A DNA stretch of 64,000 nt from Raillietiella orientalis (lineage: Eukaryota). Of this stretch, positions 10,883 through 23,500 are shown piece after piece. Below the pieces are notes generated by a model. The model saw nothing but the letters and a program-made list of their open reading frames with translations. It was not told the DNA's origin and searched no databases. Each line of letters starts with the position of its first letter. Position 1 is the stretch's first letter. The DNA is taken from assembly GCA_036172245.1 (NCBI GenBank), contig JAYWIR010000007.1, positions 4,402,001 to 4,466,000 of the forward strand. Reading direction: 5' to 3'. The position numbers and the translations under genes are program-made.

Positions 10883-13800
10883 CCGCGAGGCCTGGCGGAG
10901 ACCGCTCGCGACCTTTCGTCCGGTTCCGCAGCCGGCAGCGCTCACCAGAGGCCGTCAGACCCGCTGGCGGGATTCGCGCCGCGCCGCCGCGGGACGGCTC
11001 TCGGGGGAAAACTTTTCTTCGTCACGTGCTGACCCGAAGGCGGCACGGATGGGAGGGACGCCCGGGTGCCGTTTCGACGTGCGTCGCGTGTGCAAGCACG
11101 CACGCACCAGGACGGGGGGAGCGCGAGAACCCGAGCCGGTCGCCCACTCTGCGCGGCGGCGAGCGCGAGAGATGCCTCCGGGGGAAGCCGCAGCAGCAGT
11201 GGAGGCGAGGTGGGGGCTGAAGTGGGACTGCTGCTGTAAATAGGGCGCCGCATCGTTGCTGGGCGCCGCAACACGTGCGAGGCTTGGTGGAGCCGCGGCA
11301 GTGCCGCCGCGCGCTCTCTCCCCGTTCGGAAGCGCCTCGGCGAGTCGGAAGATGCATCTCCAAGTGGCTGAGTGTCGCAGTGCGTGGAAACAGGCGGAGT
11401 GATGCTGAACAGGAAGAGGAAAGGGGGGGGGGGAGAGCCATCTCCTGGCGGAGTTATTTATGCTCGCAGTTTACGAGATGGAAGCGGAACACGTTGCGAA
11501 GATTTTGACACGGAGTCTTCTTATTGCCTTTCATCCGCATGTAAAACTCCCCGTGCTGGGAGGGACGAACCAGGTTGCTGGATGCTCCGATACACGTAGC
11601 GGATGGCAGTCGATTAAGAAAAGAGTCTTAAGGGATTTTCTCTGCGAGAGAGGAAAATGAGGAGTATTTATGGGCACTCGGATGGTAGGGAGATGGAAAA
11701 CCGTAAATCAGCGGGATGCGCGCGCGGCAAGGACTCTGGAACTTTCGCGAGACTAGCAGCTCGGAGGGCAGCGAATTTCAGGAGAGTACGGTACAGTAAT
11801 GAAAGAGCGTATGAGCCGGGGAACGTGAGCCCCTCTCCGGGTCGGGCTCTCTGTGCTCCCACAAGCGCCATTCGGGGCTACTTGCTGCGCAGTCATCATC
11901 ATTAGATTTAATAGAAACGCGAAACAAAAAAGAAGAAGCTCCGATGTGATCTCGAACTGCTGCTCCTTTTTATCTTCCCAAGAGTGGGGGAATCGTTTCC
12001 CTGTAGCGAACCCATCCCACAACTCCTTCATTTCTCCATCAAGGAAACATTAACCTTCCAAGACTTTGACTCATCTGATGACTTTCATTAAAATTCATAA
12101 GCGTCTCAACGTGCGTTTCCTTGGGATTTTTATTTACACGTGAGGCACTCGCTGGGTCCGCTGATGAAAGCGGACGGGTCCATTACGCGTGCATCACTCG
12201 GCAGAACGCACAAGCACAAAAGGAAAACAGAAACAAACAAGCGAAATCGGGATTTTATGAATGTGGATTGCGTGGACAGGGAGAGCAGCACATGTCGGCA
12301 CTCCGCCTCGGCGGTTCCAGGAAATTCCGCCGAGGTATCCCCGTTTGACAGAGCTGTAAAAGCAAGCCCGACGGGGGTTGAGAAATTCCTACGAATTTCC
12401 ACGTAGGAAGGAGCGAGCGGTTTTTTTTTTTTTTTTTTTCTCCTTTTTTTCCTTTTTTTTTTTTACGACGAGATGGACGGGAGCTTTGCAGGCGTTCCTT
12501 CGACAAAGGATTGGCCGCAAAGACCTTCGCGCGTTCTTCCTGGAGTTCCTCCTCCTCCCCGAGTCAGGAAACGCGCGCGATGAGTACCAGATGAGTTGTG
12601 GACTCCCGGACCGTCAAATCCGCCATGATTTACGATGACAACGGGTTTCGACATTTGCAGCCGTCATGACGCAAGTGCAGAGGTGGCTGCAGACTTCATC
12701 GGAGTGCGAATCTGTGTACCGAAACGTACGGCGGCGTACGGCGGTCGTGCAGAACGCACACGGCGCAGCTGCAGGCAAACGTGGAGTTCGGGCGCTGCTG
12801 AGGAACTCGAATAGGGACGAGTCGACCGACGCCCTTTTGCTGCCTTCCATGGCCCCGCGTCCCGCTCCCTCCCGCTGCCTGCCCTCTTGCTCTCAGCCGA
12901 GCGCTCTTCGCTTCGAACAGCCTACCGCGTCCCCGCGAAGTGCTCAAAGAGGTCGTTGCCGTTGATGGCGCTTTCGCGTGCGCGCTGGCTGCTCGCATTC
13001 CCAGAATCCCCCCTCCCCCTCCTCCTCAATCCCTCCGCGGACTTGCCGGGTTTCTTTCGCAGGATGTACACACCCGGAGGTTGGCGTCGCCGCCATCTTA
13101 CTCGGTTGCGCGACCACCGCCCCCTGCAGCATCGCTCCGGAAAAAAAAAAACAAAGTTTCAGAGGCGCCTGCGGGGAGGAGAGAGAGGGGGGCAAAGAGA
13201 AGGGGAGGAGGAGGAGGAATTGAAAAAGAGAGCAAGAAATCAGGCGATGCTGGAAGCGAGGTGATTATGCAATCGATTCTTTGGATTACGAGACAGCGTG
13301 CATCAGCAAGAAATAGGATGATACCCTGACGTCTCCGCGTCCGACCTCCGAGACGAAAGTGCGCTGCCAGATGGAACTTTCGGCACGTTCCCTCCAAGGT
13401 GAGACAAAAGGGGGTCGCCGCCGTTCCCCCTCACTCCGGGGACAGCGCGGATCCGACCGCGACCGCAGCACCCGTGGAAGCCATCCCTTCCACCCGCCCC
13501 GGAAAAGGCAGGGACTCTCCCGCCGCCACCACTTCGCGAAGCCGTCCATCCGTCTTCACAGAAGGCCGTTCCGTCCCGGAGATCGCGCGCGCACCTCTCG
13601 CGTCTCCCAGGGTGTCTCCCGCCGGGCCCGTTCCCGGGAGCACCTCGCTACGAAGGAAGGCAAGGTGGCCGGGGATTGCGCTCGGCGGCGGCACCCCGGC
13701 GCCAAGACCGAACGCACCCGAATGTTGCTCTTCTTTAATGACCGGGCCAGCTCCGGCGTTCTTCGGAATCATTAATTACGATGACATCCGAAGAAAGCGA

Positions 13801-15753
13801 TGCCGGGAGACGCACACGGGAATCCGTCCCAATGACCTGCGTGTGAAATTCTCGAGGACCCTCTCTCCTCGCCCTGACCAATGGGCTTTTGACACTCGGG
13901 CGCTTCTCGCGCGCACCGCTTCGGCATTCCGTCTCGAAAAGCCCGATGGCGGAGCAGCAGCTATCTGATCCCCGGGAGAACAAAGCGACGCTGACAGTAG
14001 CAGGCTCCAGTGTTCCTCGTGGAGGATTCCTCGGTTGGTTCGCTAGCCGCGGCCCTTGGCTCTTCGCTTCAGAACCGGTAGCTCCCTCGACACCCGAAGG
14101 TCACGGCGGAGGCGGACTTCGAGGAGGGGGAGAGAGGGAGAGGGCAGCAGAAGTATCCCGACGTGGTCGGCGGAAATAACTCACGGAGCTCCTCGATCAG
14201 CCACAAGGCCTGCAGCTGGCTGATCCATCTCGGATGGAATGCCAGAAGTCGCTTGCTGAGAGAATGGCGAAATCCATCAACTTTCGCGCCAGCACCGCGC
14301 GCGCGAGGCGGAAACTTTCGCTTCCCGGGGTCCAATCTGCAGACGAGCCGACCGGTGGACGGATCGCCTTCGGGAGAGTGGAGGGGGTCCGAGGTCCGTC
14401 GGCCGAGCTGCCGGCCCAGCAAAGGTCAGGACAGCCAGCCCACAGGCGCCGCCAATCGCAGCAACCTGCCGGCCGCCGAGGAAAGGGTGAGGCGGGGGCG
14501 GAGGGGAATTACGATGCTCGCCAAGGGTTTCCTTCCAGCCAGCCCTACGTCCACGCCGGTTGTCGCAGCCCAATCGTGGCTGGGCGGTGCCCCATTCCAC
14601 GTGCTCCCGGCCGCCACCTTCAGGGGTAGCCAGAACTGTCCGAACGCCGCCATGCCATTGCTGGCTCCGATCTGCCGCCTATTTCGGTACCGGAAGGGCT
14701 CGTCAATCTCCAATCAGAATGAAGCGTCGTTTTGAGAATATCAGGAGACAAAGACGCTAAAAAAAAAAAAAAAAATGAAAGAAGGAAGGAAAGGAAAGAG
14801 AGAGAGAGAGGGAGAGAGAGATGATTTTGTCTTTTCGGGATCGCCGTGTTCTGAGGCCCCGCGATCCAGGATCCTCGAGACAGCGGGCGATCCTCGAGCG
14901 ACGCCTGGCACCTTACCAATGCCGATGCGGGGATGGCGGAAGTATGAACATTCTGGGAGCTTCGAGACGTGCGGCGGTCGCGCGTGCTTGTTTACGTGTT
15001 TCAGCTTCCTCCAGCATCCGGAAGGGAACTTCCAACCCTAAGCAGGAAAGGGAAGCGGGACGAGCAAAGCCCGCATTCCCAGGTGCAAGGGACGCCGGCG
15101 GCCGTGTTCGGGAGAGCAAGAATAAATAAATGGTGCCTTCCGCGATGAAAACGCAGCGGCCCCTACCAGGGAGGAGACGAGTGGATGTCTGGCTCCCTCG
15201 GAGGGGGACGGGAGCGCACCCCCCACACTCCTCGTGGCGAAGACGGGAGAGGGCAGGCGGATTTTCCGGAATGTTCCGCCAGCACCCGCATCCCAGGTAC
15301 TGTCGCTGTCGGCGGTGCGACGCGACGCGCGCTCTTCGGTGGTTCCGCGAGCGATGACACGCTGGGCGGAAGCACCGCGCCGCCGCAAGAAAGCCGCGTT
15401 GTTTTTCCGAACCCGAGTCACGTGTTCGAGGGAAACACCCACACTTAGACGTGCCAGTCCGGGCCCCTTGGTGTTTCCCACGCGATCTCTCGAGAGTCGC
15501 GTGTGACGACCGACGGTTGCCTGGTTGCCATTAGAACTCCTTTCTTCCTCTCGCCCAAATGACTAAGCCATTACGAGGGGAAGACTCTTTGACCTTGTGA
15601 ACTTGTTGAATTTTTTGCTGCCGAGGTGTTGTGAAAATTCGAACGAGTTCGTCGCGATTGAAACATTTTGCTCTTTTTCTTCTTGCCTGCATCTTCCCGG
15701 TGGAGAGGGAGGAAGGCCGCGGGGGGGGGGAGGAGAGAAAGCAAAAACACACA

Positions 15754-15776
15754 CGCACGCACGCACGCACGCACGC
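15754..15776 (+). repeat. (GCAC)n microsatellite
   Basis: Directly visible tandem run. Confidence 0.85.
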
Positions 15777-18059
15777 AAACGCAAAGTGCCATCCAACTTT
15801 TATGGACCGGGAGATGGAATGATCGCTGACGAATGATCCAAATGGAATGGCCAAGCTCCTTCAGCTGCCGAGATGAAAATGCGCAATCCAAAAATAGAAT
15901 CCTGGATTTCCGAATGACGTCATCGCTCGGTCGGGGTGCGCTGGACTCGCGCGCGCGGACGGACTGCGGAAGGCCGCAGGCTGGCGGCTGCAACGCGCCT
16001 GGGAGAGGGACCAATGACGCGAACTCCAGCATCCGGAGGACAGGGAGCAGAGGGGAGAGGCCCTTCCTCCTCCTCCTCCTCTTCGAAACCGGGACGTGGG
16101 GCAAGGCGTGTGCCTCCTTGCGAGCGAGAGGGGAGGCCTCATTCGCCGTGCACCATCACCCAGGATTCCGGTGCGCTCCTTCGCGCGGTGTCGGGGAAGA
16201 TCGCGCCGCCTGCCCTTCGACCGGGCCCTGAACCAGCCGCCTCTCTCGCAGCTCCCCCTTGCCGCCCTTGGCCTCGGTTCCAGGAAGGTTTCCCCCCCCC
16301 CTTCTTCCACCTCCGGGCAGCTCGCGTGCGACCTGCGCGCCGAGCCTTCAAGCTGGGCAGCAATTAAATCCCCTCTCGAGGAACTCCCGTTCTTCCTGCG
16401 CCGCCGGGGCGTTTTTCTCCGGAGCTCACCTCGCGGGCGGTTTGCGAGGAAGACAGCCGAGGATGGATGATGCTCAAGCAGATGAAACCTCAGGACCATT
16501 TTTTCTGCGTGCTGAAGATGCTCCTTTGATTAATTGGAAGATCTCGCTCTTCCTTCCCCCCCTCCCCTTTCATCTCTTTCGTTCTGAAGAATTCGCTCGG
16601 AGCGCGCGCGCACCACCACCACGTCGGCAGCCTGGCAGCACCCGACCCCAGGGGATTCCCGGAACGCGGCGGCAGAGGCCCGTTCTCCCGACAGGCGGCA
16701 AGGTCGCTTGCCCAGCAGCTCGCGAAGGGGAAAACGCCGCCGAAAAGGAGCGGCGCCTGGAGCCGGGCTTCCTCCGGGAGCGGACCCGGCCAGCGGCAGG
16801 ATGAAGAGGGATGAGGAGCGCCTGCGGCTCATCGCGAGAGGGAGCCGGTCGTCGGGTTTGGTGGCGAGGACGGAACTTCCAGAACGCATCTGCCGCGCTC
16901 TCGCAGAGCGCCAGCCTGAGGGAGGGAAAGGAGGGACGGGTCACCCGAGGTCAGAGAGGAAGAGCACGAGTCCGGTTGAGCCAAGGAGGGAGAAGGATCG
17001 GAAGATGCACCCTGCGGCTCCACGCACGATCCATGCCAATATGGACCTGCGCCAACGCGGGAACGGATCCCTTCCGCCTCCTCTCCGGGCCCTGCTCGGA
17101 CTCGCCGCCCGCGCGTGGTTGAGTGGGAGAGGCGTCGAAGAGCGCCCGGAAGAGTTCCCGCGGCGGCGCGTGCCGCCATCGTTTCTTTTTCGGCGCTTCC
17201 GCGATCGATCGTGTGGCGCCGCCCCAGGACCGCTCGTGGTTTTCAGAGCGACCCGGGGAGCTGCAAGCGCGCGGATGAGGGGAGGCGAGATCTTCCTGCG
17301 ACAATCCCCCGTCGGCGACGTCCGAGTTGGAGGCCCCGCACCGTGGCTCCGGCAGACCCCCGAGCTCGACTGGCTCCTCAGTGGCACGCGTCCGCTCACA
17401 GTGGCTCGCGGCTCCGTCGGAATGTCGCAGTGCGGCGGCGGGAAACCGAGACAGCAAGTAGCAACGGCGACGACAACAGCGCCATCGCCGCAAAGCGTCT
17501 CCAAGACACGATGATGACGGGGGGAGGCACAATCGCAGACGCGTGCCCCTCCCCCAGGATTGGACACAGAGGGAGCAGTGGCGCCGCCTGTAATCTTCTG
17601 CCCTCAGGGCCGCCGTTCTCCCGGGCTGCAGCGCCGAGAGCGCAGGCAACACGAAACCTCCGCCCCTGCCCACGGCAGCGGGGTCCCTCGCCTTCCTCCC
17701 ACGCGGGCGTCTCCACGGAGGGCGAGACCACTGCCACCGGGTGCATTGGGGGTCCTCCGAGAGTGCATGCTCTTTCCCGCTTGGGGGGGAGGGAGGGGAA
17801 CTGTTTATAGGCTGCTCCCTCGGGCGTTCCGGAGACTTCAGAGAGCGCCACCGTACAAACACGCAAAGGAACGCCGCGCGTCCTTTAAAGGGAGGAGTTG
17901 CGCAGGGGAGATGGCTCCCTTCTGTTCTCCCTCATGCACTCACGCGGGAGGGTGGCTCCCGCCGTCTGAAGGGAGCGCGACCGAGGTCTCCACCGCGCGC
18001 TCACGCTCGATTGCCCCTTCCCCCCCGGGACGCGTCCTAAGGAGGCAGGAGGTGTTTCA

Positions 18060-20550
18060 GGAGACCATCCTTCTCCCCCCTTCCCGGAAGGATGGTGATG
18101 AGCCCGCGTGGTGGCGGCGGCGGCGGCCTTTATTCGATTCCTCTCCCCGCTTGGCGCCAGCCGCGCGTTCTCAGGAAGCAGGGACGTATGTGACGTATGA
18201 CTAGCTAGAGACGGGGAGGAGCGCTCCCGGTCCGTCCCCGCGGCGGAGCGGGCTCCCACCCGGAGGGCCGGAGGCACCCCTCGAGCCTGCGCCAATACGG
18301 GCGCGGGCTCCCTCCGCCCCGCTCTGACAGGACGTTCGGACGAGCCTCCCCCGCACGTGAGTGCAGGGGAGGGGCGTCGAAGGGAGCCGCTTGTATCCGG
18401 TCCCCTGGCCACCGTCGCTCCCGAAGGTCGCGATTGCTCTCCCACAGTGACCTCGAGGACGCGCGCAGCAGGCTGCAGGGGAAGAACCCAGTGAGGTCGC
18501 CCTCTTTCCTCCCTACGGCCGTTTCTACAGCGAGAGGCACCGGCAGTTGCCGCTCGGCCTTTCCGAGCTCTTCGCTGCGCGCGCGCGCTCATCGTGTCGT
18601 TGACGTGGTCCTCTCGGGTCCAGCACGGAGTGCACTGACCAACCCCTCGGGGCAGAGGAGGGAGAGAGGTGAGTGCGACCCTCAGACCGCCCCGCATTCC
18701 ACGCAGGGACCCGGGCAAATCTTCCGCACTCCTTGCCAGAGCGGTCCGTTTGAACCCCTTACCCCCCCCCCCGTCCCCTCCTTCCCTTCGCCTCCCCCTT
18801 GCCGTAGCTCCCCGCTCCGTGGGCTGCGCCATCCATCGAGCCCTTCCTCATCCTCCCGAGGGCGCGGCGGCAGGTCCCATGATAGGTCCGCGAATCCCCC
18901 ACCGGACAGGGGTCCTCCCCTTCCCGTGGGCCCCGGCCGCCGAGGCGACCGTTCCATCGGCGGGCGGGGAGATGCCGCCTCCGCGCTGACAGCGGAGATG
19001 GCGCGCAAGTGCCGCACGTCCGAGCCTTTGAGGAAGAAGAGCCACCTGGAGACGCAGGAGCAGCAGCGCCACCTCACTCCCTCTCCTCCCCCGTCTAATG
19101 ACCCCTCCCCTCCTCTCGGGAGGGTAGTTCTTTCAAAGTACCTTGATTCGCCCACGGGCGGTTTCCACACTGCAGAGGCGAGTGGCCCCACCGCCTTCGG
19201 AAGGAGGGCAGGGGCATCGGACCCGAGAGGGGGGCGACTTCCTGCTGCAGCAGGAGGAAGTAGCGGATCCCTCCCTCCCCTTCCCCCACCCATTCCGCTT
19301 CTCGTCCGCCTCCCGTTCCTCGAAAAAAAGGCCAGTGTCTCTTCGTCGAAGCCCAGCGGGACTCGCAAAGTCCCCCTGAAAGGGTGGGCGCTCCCATTTC
19401 GAGACCCCCACCTCTGGGTGGGAGTGCGGCTGAAGGTCGGAAGAACCGCCCTCGGGTACCCCCGCTGAAACGGAGTCAACGCTGGCGTCCCCCTTGGGCT
19501 CCCTGCCGAAAGCGAGACGAGTGGGCCATGAGTCGCCCTACGAACTTTGGCGCACGGCGGCAGGGGGCATTCTGCACCTGAGCGACGCTGGCTAGCAGCC
19601 TGTCTCCGAGAATCTCCACCGTCCCGGACGCCCCCCTCCCTGCGCCACCTCGTGCCACTTCTTCCCCGTCGGTGGACGCACCTCCAGAGAAGAGGCCCCC
19701 CCTGTCAGAGGGCCCTCCACCCCCTCAACGGCAGTCCCTCCATCGCGGTTGCCACTGAATTCCCCCGAGTTGCGGGCGGCGGCTGCAGGCGCTGAGGCGC
19801 GCCCGTCGGGCCAGCCCCGAGAGAGACAGAGGAACCCTCCACCCCACCCCCGTTCCGCGCAGGGTGGACCGTAGCGGTGCTCGTGAGCGGCCGGCCCGCC
19901 CATGCAGCAACAGGCGGCGCCGCTGTCGCACGCGCTCTGTTCGGGACGGGGGAGCTTCTCAGAAGAGATGCCAGATGGCAGGGCGGTCGCACCCACGTGA
20001 GGGGGCTGCGAACGCGCAGCAGGAGCTTTCTCTCCTCTCCACCGGAAGAGGACCGAAGGATCTCGTCCGAGATGGACCTCCCCGGCATGCTGCTGCAGCA
20101 GCAACGACGACGACCCCGCGCGGCGGCATCGAAGACGCTCGTCCTGCGGCGGAGCAGCTCCGCCGTCGGAAGGGGAGGGAATCCCCCCCCCCCCCGGAAG
20201 ACGGCGAGGTGCCCTCTATGCTGGACGTCGGCCGCCTCCCTACGTGGCGCGAAAACCCGATGAAGGGGAGGGGGAGGTGGCTCTTCTCGTAGGACTGCGG
20301 GCCTCATCGTTCTCGGTAGAGCGGGAGCCCTGTCGGAGAGGGACGGATCCCTGGAGCCTGCGCCAATACGGGCACGGGCTCCAGGGATGCCTCCGACCGT
20401 CCGGGTGGGCGTCCGCTCTGCTGCGGGGGCGGGCCGGGCGCGCTCCTCCACCGCTTCCTGCGAACGCGCGGTTGGCGCCTAGCGGGGAGAGGAAATCGGA
20501 CAGTGGCCGCCTCCGCTGCGCGGGCGCGCACCGCCATCCGTGGAGGGCGC
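18060..20550. repeat. Diverged inverted duplication, arms about 18060-18620 and 20040-20550
   Basis: The reverse complement of 18135-18179 matches about 20453-20498 (GCTTCCTG.GAACGCGCGG.TGGCGCC.AGCGGGGAGAGGAA). The reverse complement of 18241-18280 matches about 20384-20423. Weaker similarity extends outward. Confidence 0.7.
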
Positions 20551-23500
20551 TGACGGGCCTCCCCAACACGCATCGCAGGTCCACCTGGCGAAGGCCGCCG
20601 CGTCTTCCGACACTTCGCCGGGAAGATGCTCCCGGTCCCCCGCGGTAACTACAGGCGAAGAGGAGGCTGCACCGAGCATCGCAAGGAGTGAAGGAAAATC
20701 TCCTTCATCCAGCATTCGCTTTTCTTTCCTCGTTTCCTCTCTCTCCTTGGCCTCGGATCGCATGATTGATGGACCCGAAGGCTTTCAGAGCTGAGCGGAT
20801 GTCTTGTGGTGAATTATCGCGGCTGCCCGGGTGGAGCGGGAGCCCGGCGGAGGGACCTGCGAGACGGGAAGAACGACGAAAAGCTCCTGCTCCTCGAGGA
20901 GCTCGTCCTAAATCACTCGACGGGAGCAACGAGGACGGCAGCATCCCTCACTTAAGGACAGAAGCGATAGCGCGAAATTATAAATGAAGCGGAAGCGATC
21001 TCGAGAGATGTCCGGATCACGGTCGCGCGAGGATTCCCGAGAGGGTTCCTCCCCAGTCGGCCGCCGGTTGCCAGCGGAGACGCGTCGCCGCCGCCGCTCT
21101 CGGCGGTGGGCAGGCGGCAGCCCCCCCATCCTCCCCTCCCCGGGCGCGACGGACTCCGCGAGCAGCCCAACGATGCATGCGGCCGGGGGCGAAGCGAGCG
21201 CGCGCGCCAGCCTGCCCGCCTCGGGACCTGACGTCATCCTCATCAACCAATAACCTTGCGAAGACTTCGGGTTCCGCTCGTTGGGATTATTCTTCGGCCT
21301 CTGGAATACTCTCCGAGGTCGAACGCGAGCGTTCTCCCTGACCCCGCAGGGACTCCCCCTCCTCCCAAAGGGTGTTGCCAGGGCCCACAATTTTCAGCTT
21401 CCGTGGTGTGTTTTTTTGTACCTCCTCCCGAACCCAGGCACCAACGGGCGGGGCGACTGCTTCTTGGGTCTCTCCTGCCCGTAGCGGCAAGACACTTCCC
21501 GGATAGTGGACGTGCTGTTCCTTTGGAAGAATCATCCGTGGAGGGGAACGAAACGCGTGGCCACTGTAAACACGACCTACAAACATGTCTCTCTGTACGT
21601 GCGTATTTATTTGCGAACGTTTCCCTGGGTAGGAATATGTATGTGCACGTTTTTCGCATAATTTTTGGATATGTCTCTCTGTGTGTGTGTGTGTTTTTTT
21701 TGCTTTTCATCAAATGGCGTTTTCAACAGAGAAGGGCATCCCTGTCTGTGACCAATCCTCCTTCAAAAAGTATCCATACAATTAAAAAACCGTGTACTGT
21801 AGGGGAAATCTCTTGACGTGAATCAGGTTCGGGAGGCAGAATCGTTGAAACGAGATCACCCCATCCTCCGAACCCATTCTTTGCCTACTTTCGTCCCTCG
21901 CCTCGGCGATGGAGAGGTTCTCGTCCGGCCAGACTGGAGAGATGCCTCCCTTTTTTGCCGCAGGTCACCCACGGCTGGTCCGAACGATCGGCACGGTTCT
22001 GGCACTCCGCTCCGAGGGAGGCCGGAACCGTTTCCTAGCCTACCGTGTTCGGCGAGCAGCCCGGGATGGGGTCCGCAGGCAGAGCCCAGAAGGTGCGAGG
22101 TCCGTGGCGAGCACGCAGGAGCATGCCGAACGCCCCGGGACAAGCACCGCGAAGCCAACGGCAATCGGAGACAAACCGCTGGCGAGGGAAGTCGGGACGT
22201 GCAGAGGATAGTGACCCCCTACTCCTAGGGGACGTCAGTGGGGCGAGGCCGCGGCTTCGAGCCTCGAGTTTGCAAGCCGATGCGACGACCCCGGGCCCCA
22301 TCGTCGTGGAACAATTTCGTTTCCCTTCGCAATCCCTGGGAACGTCGCGTTCCCCTGGACGCCACGTGATCGGAGAGCCCGCCCGGATTCCCGCCGGCGA
22401 AGAGCGAGCGCCCTTCCCCCCCCACTTGCCGCTCTGGCAGGCACGCAAAGCGGAGAGCTGCTAGACCCGGGCCGGAGTGTTCCCGTTCCGATGGCTCATG
22501 CGGCGTCCCGACGACGGGCGCCGTTTTTCTCCTGGCGAGGCGCGGGAACCGGGGACGCCGAGGAAGAACTCCTGCTGGGGATTTCCAGGTGTTATGCAAA
22601 CGCGCTGGTAGTGGAGTCCTCATCCAGGTTCCCTTTCGAAGAGCGCGTGTGGGGGAGGCAAGCGAGACGCTGGTCGTCACGTGACCCCCAATCGAGCAGG
22701 TAAAAATCGTGCCAATCTGGAAAACGAGGATGAAGGGCCAGCAGGACGGGAAGGGAACCGCGATTGGTTTCTCCAGCATCCGACGCGACAAGTGTGCACC
22801 GTCATGCCAGAGACAGGAATTCATCTCACGGTCGCTTTCGAAGATGCTGCCTGGGGCGGCCGGTTGTGACCGGGACAAAAGAAAGAGGTCTTCCACGTGC
22901 CGGAATCGCATAAGGTGGTGGCGGTGGTGGGTTTGGGACCAGTGCAGCGTTCTCTGGCCGAAATTTGCAAACGCGTGCAGTCGGCGACGTGCCCGCGCAA
23001 CTCGAGTTTCGACGCGCCCGAAGAGCGGCTACCGATGCGCACTGCGTGACCACGGGGGAGCTGCGCACGCGGAGCAGCGGTACACCGCTCTTATCTTCTG
23101 GACGTCGCTCTTCACCGCTCCCCTGCCATCCTCCTCCTTCCCGTTCGCTCTGCACGCGGTGGACCTCGCAGGGTTTCACTCGCACCGCATGTGTCATCGT
23201 GCAGAAATTCGAAAGCCGTCGCGGGGGGTCCGGAAGCACTTCTCCGGGAGGGATGTCTGTGGCCGAACGCACGTCGCCCGATGCACAGAAACCATCTGAC
23301 GCGTAGCCGAGGAATGGATGCTGCGAAATCTCGCGTTTTGCTCGCAGCGATCTGAAACCTCTCGTTTGCTGAGGCTTCTGTGATCCTCCGTGCCCAACAT
23401 CGGAAGGAAAAGGTGTGCTAAGTGATCAGTACATGTCAGTTGCATCCAGAGTGGCGTACGCCCAATTTCTACACAGAAGGGGAGCAAATGGATAGCCAGC

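Noticed and set aside
13900..14320. Possible RT remnant on the minus strand (KVDGFRH...FHPRWISQLQALW; FSRGSDSCCS..LF)
   Set aside because: The motifs are too degenerate and spaced too far apart to support a call.
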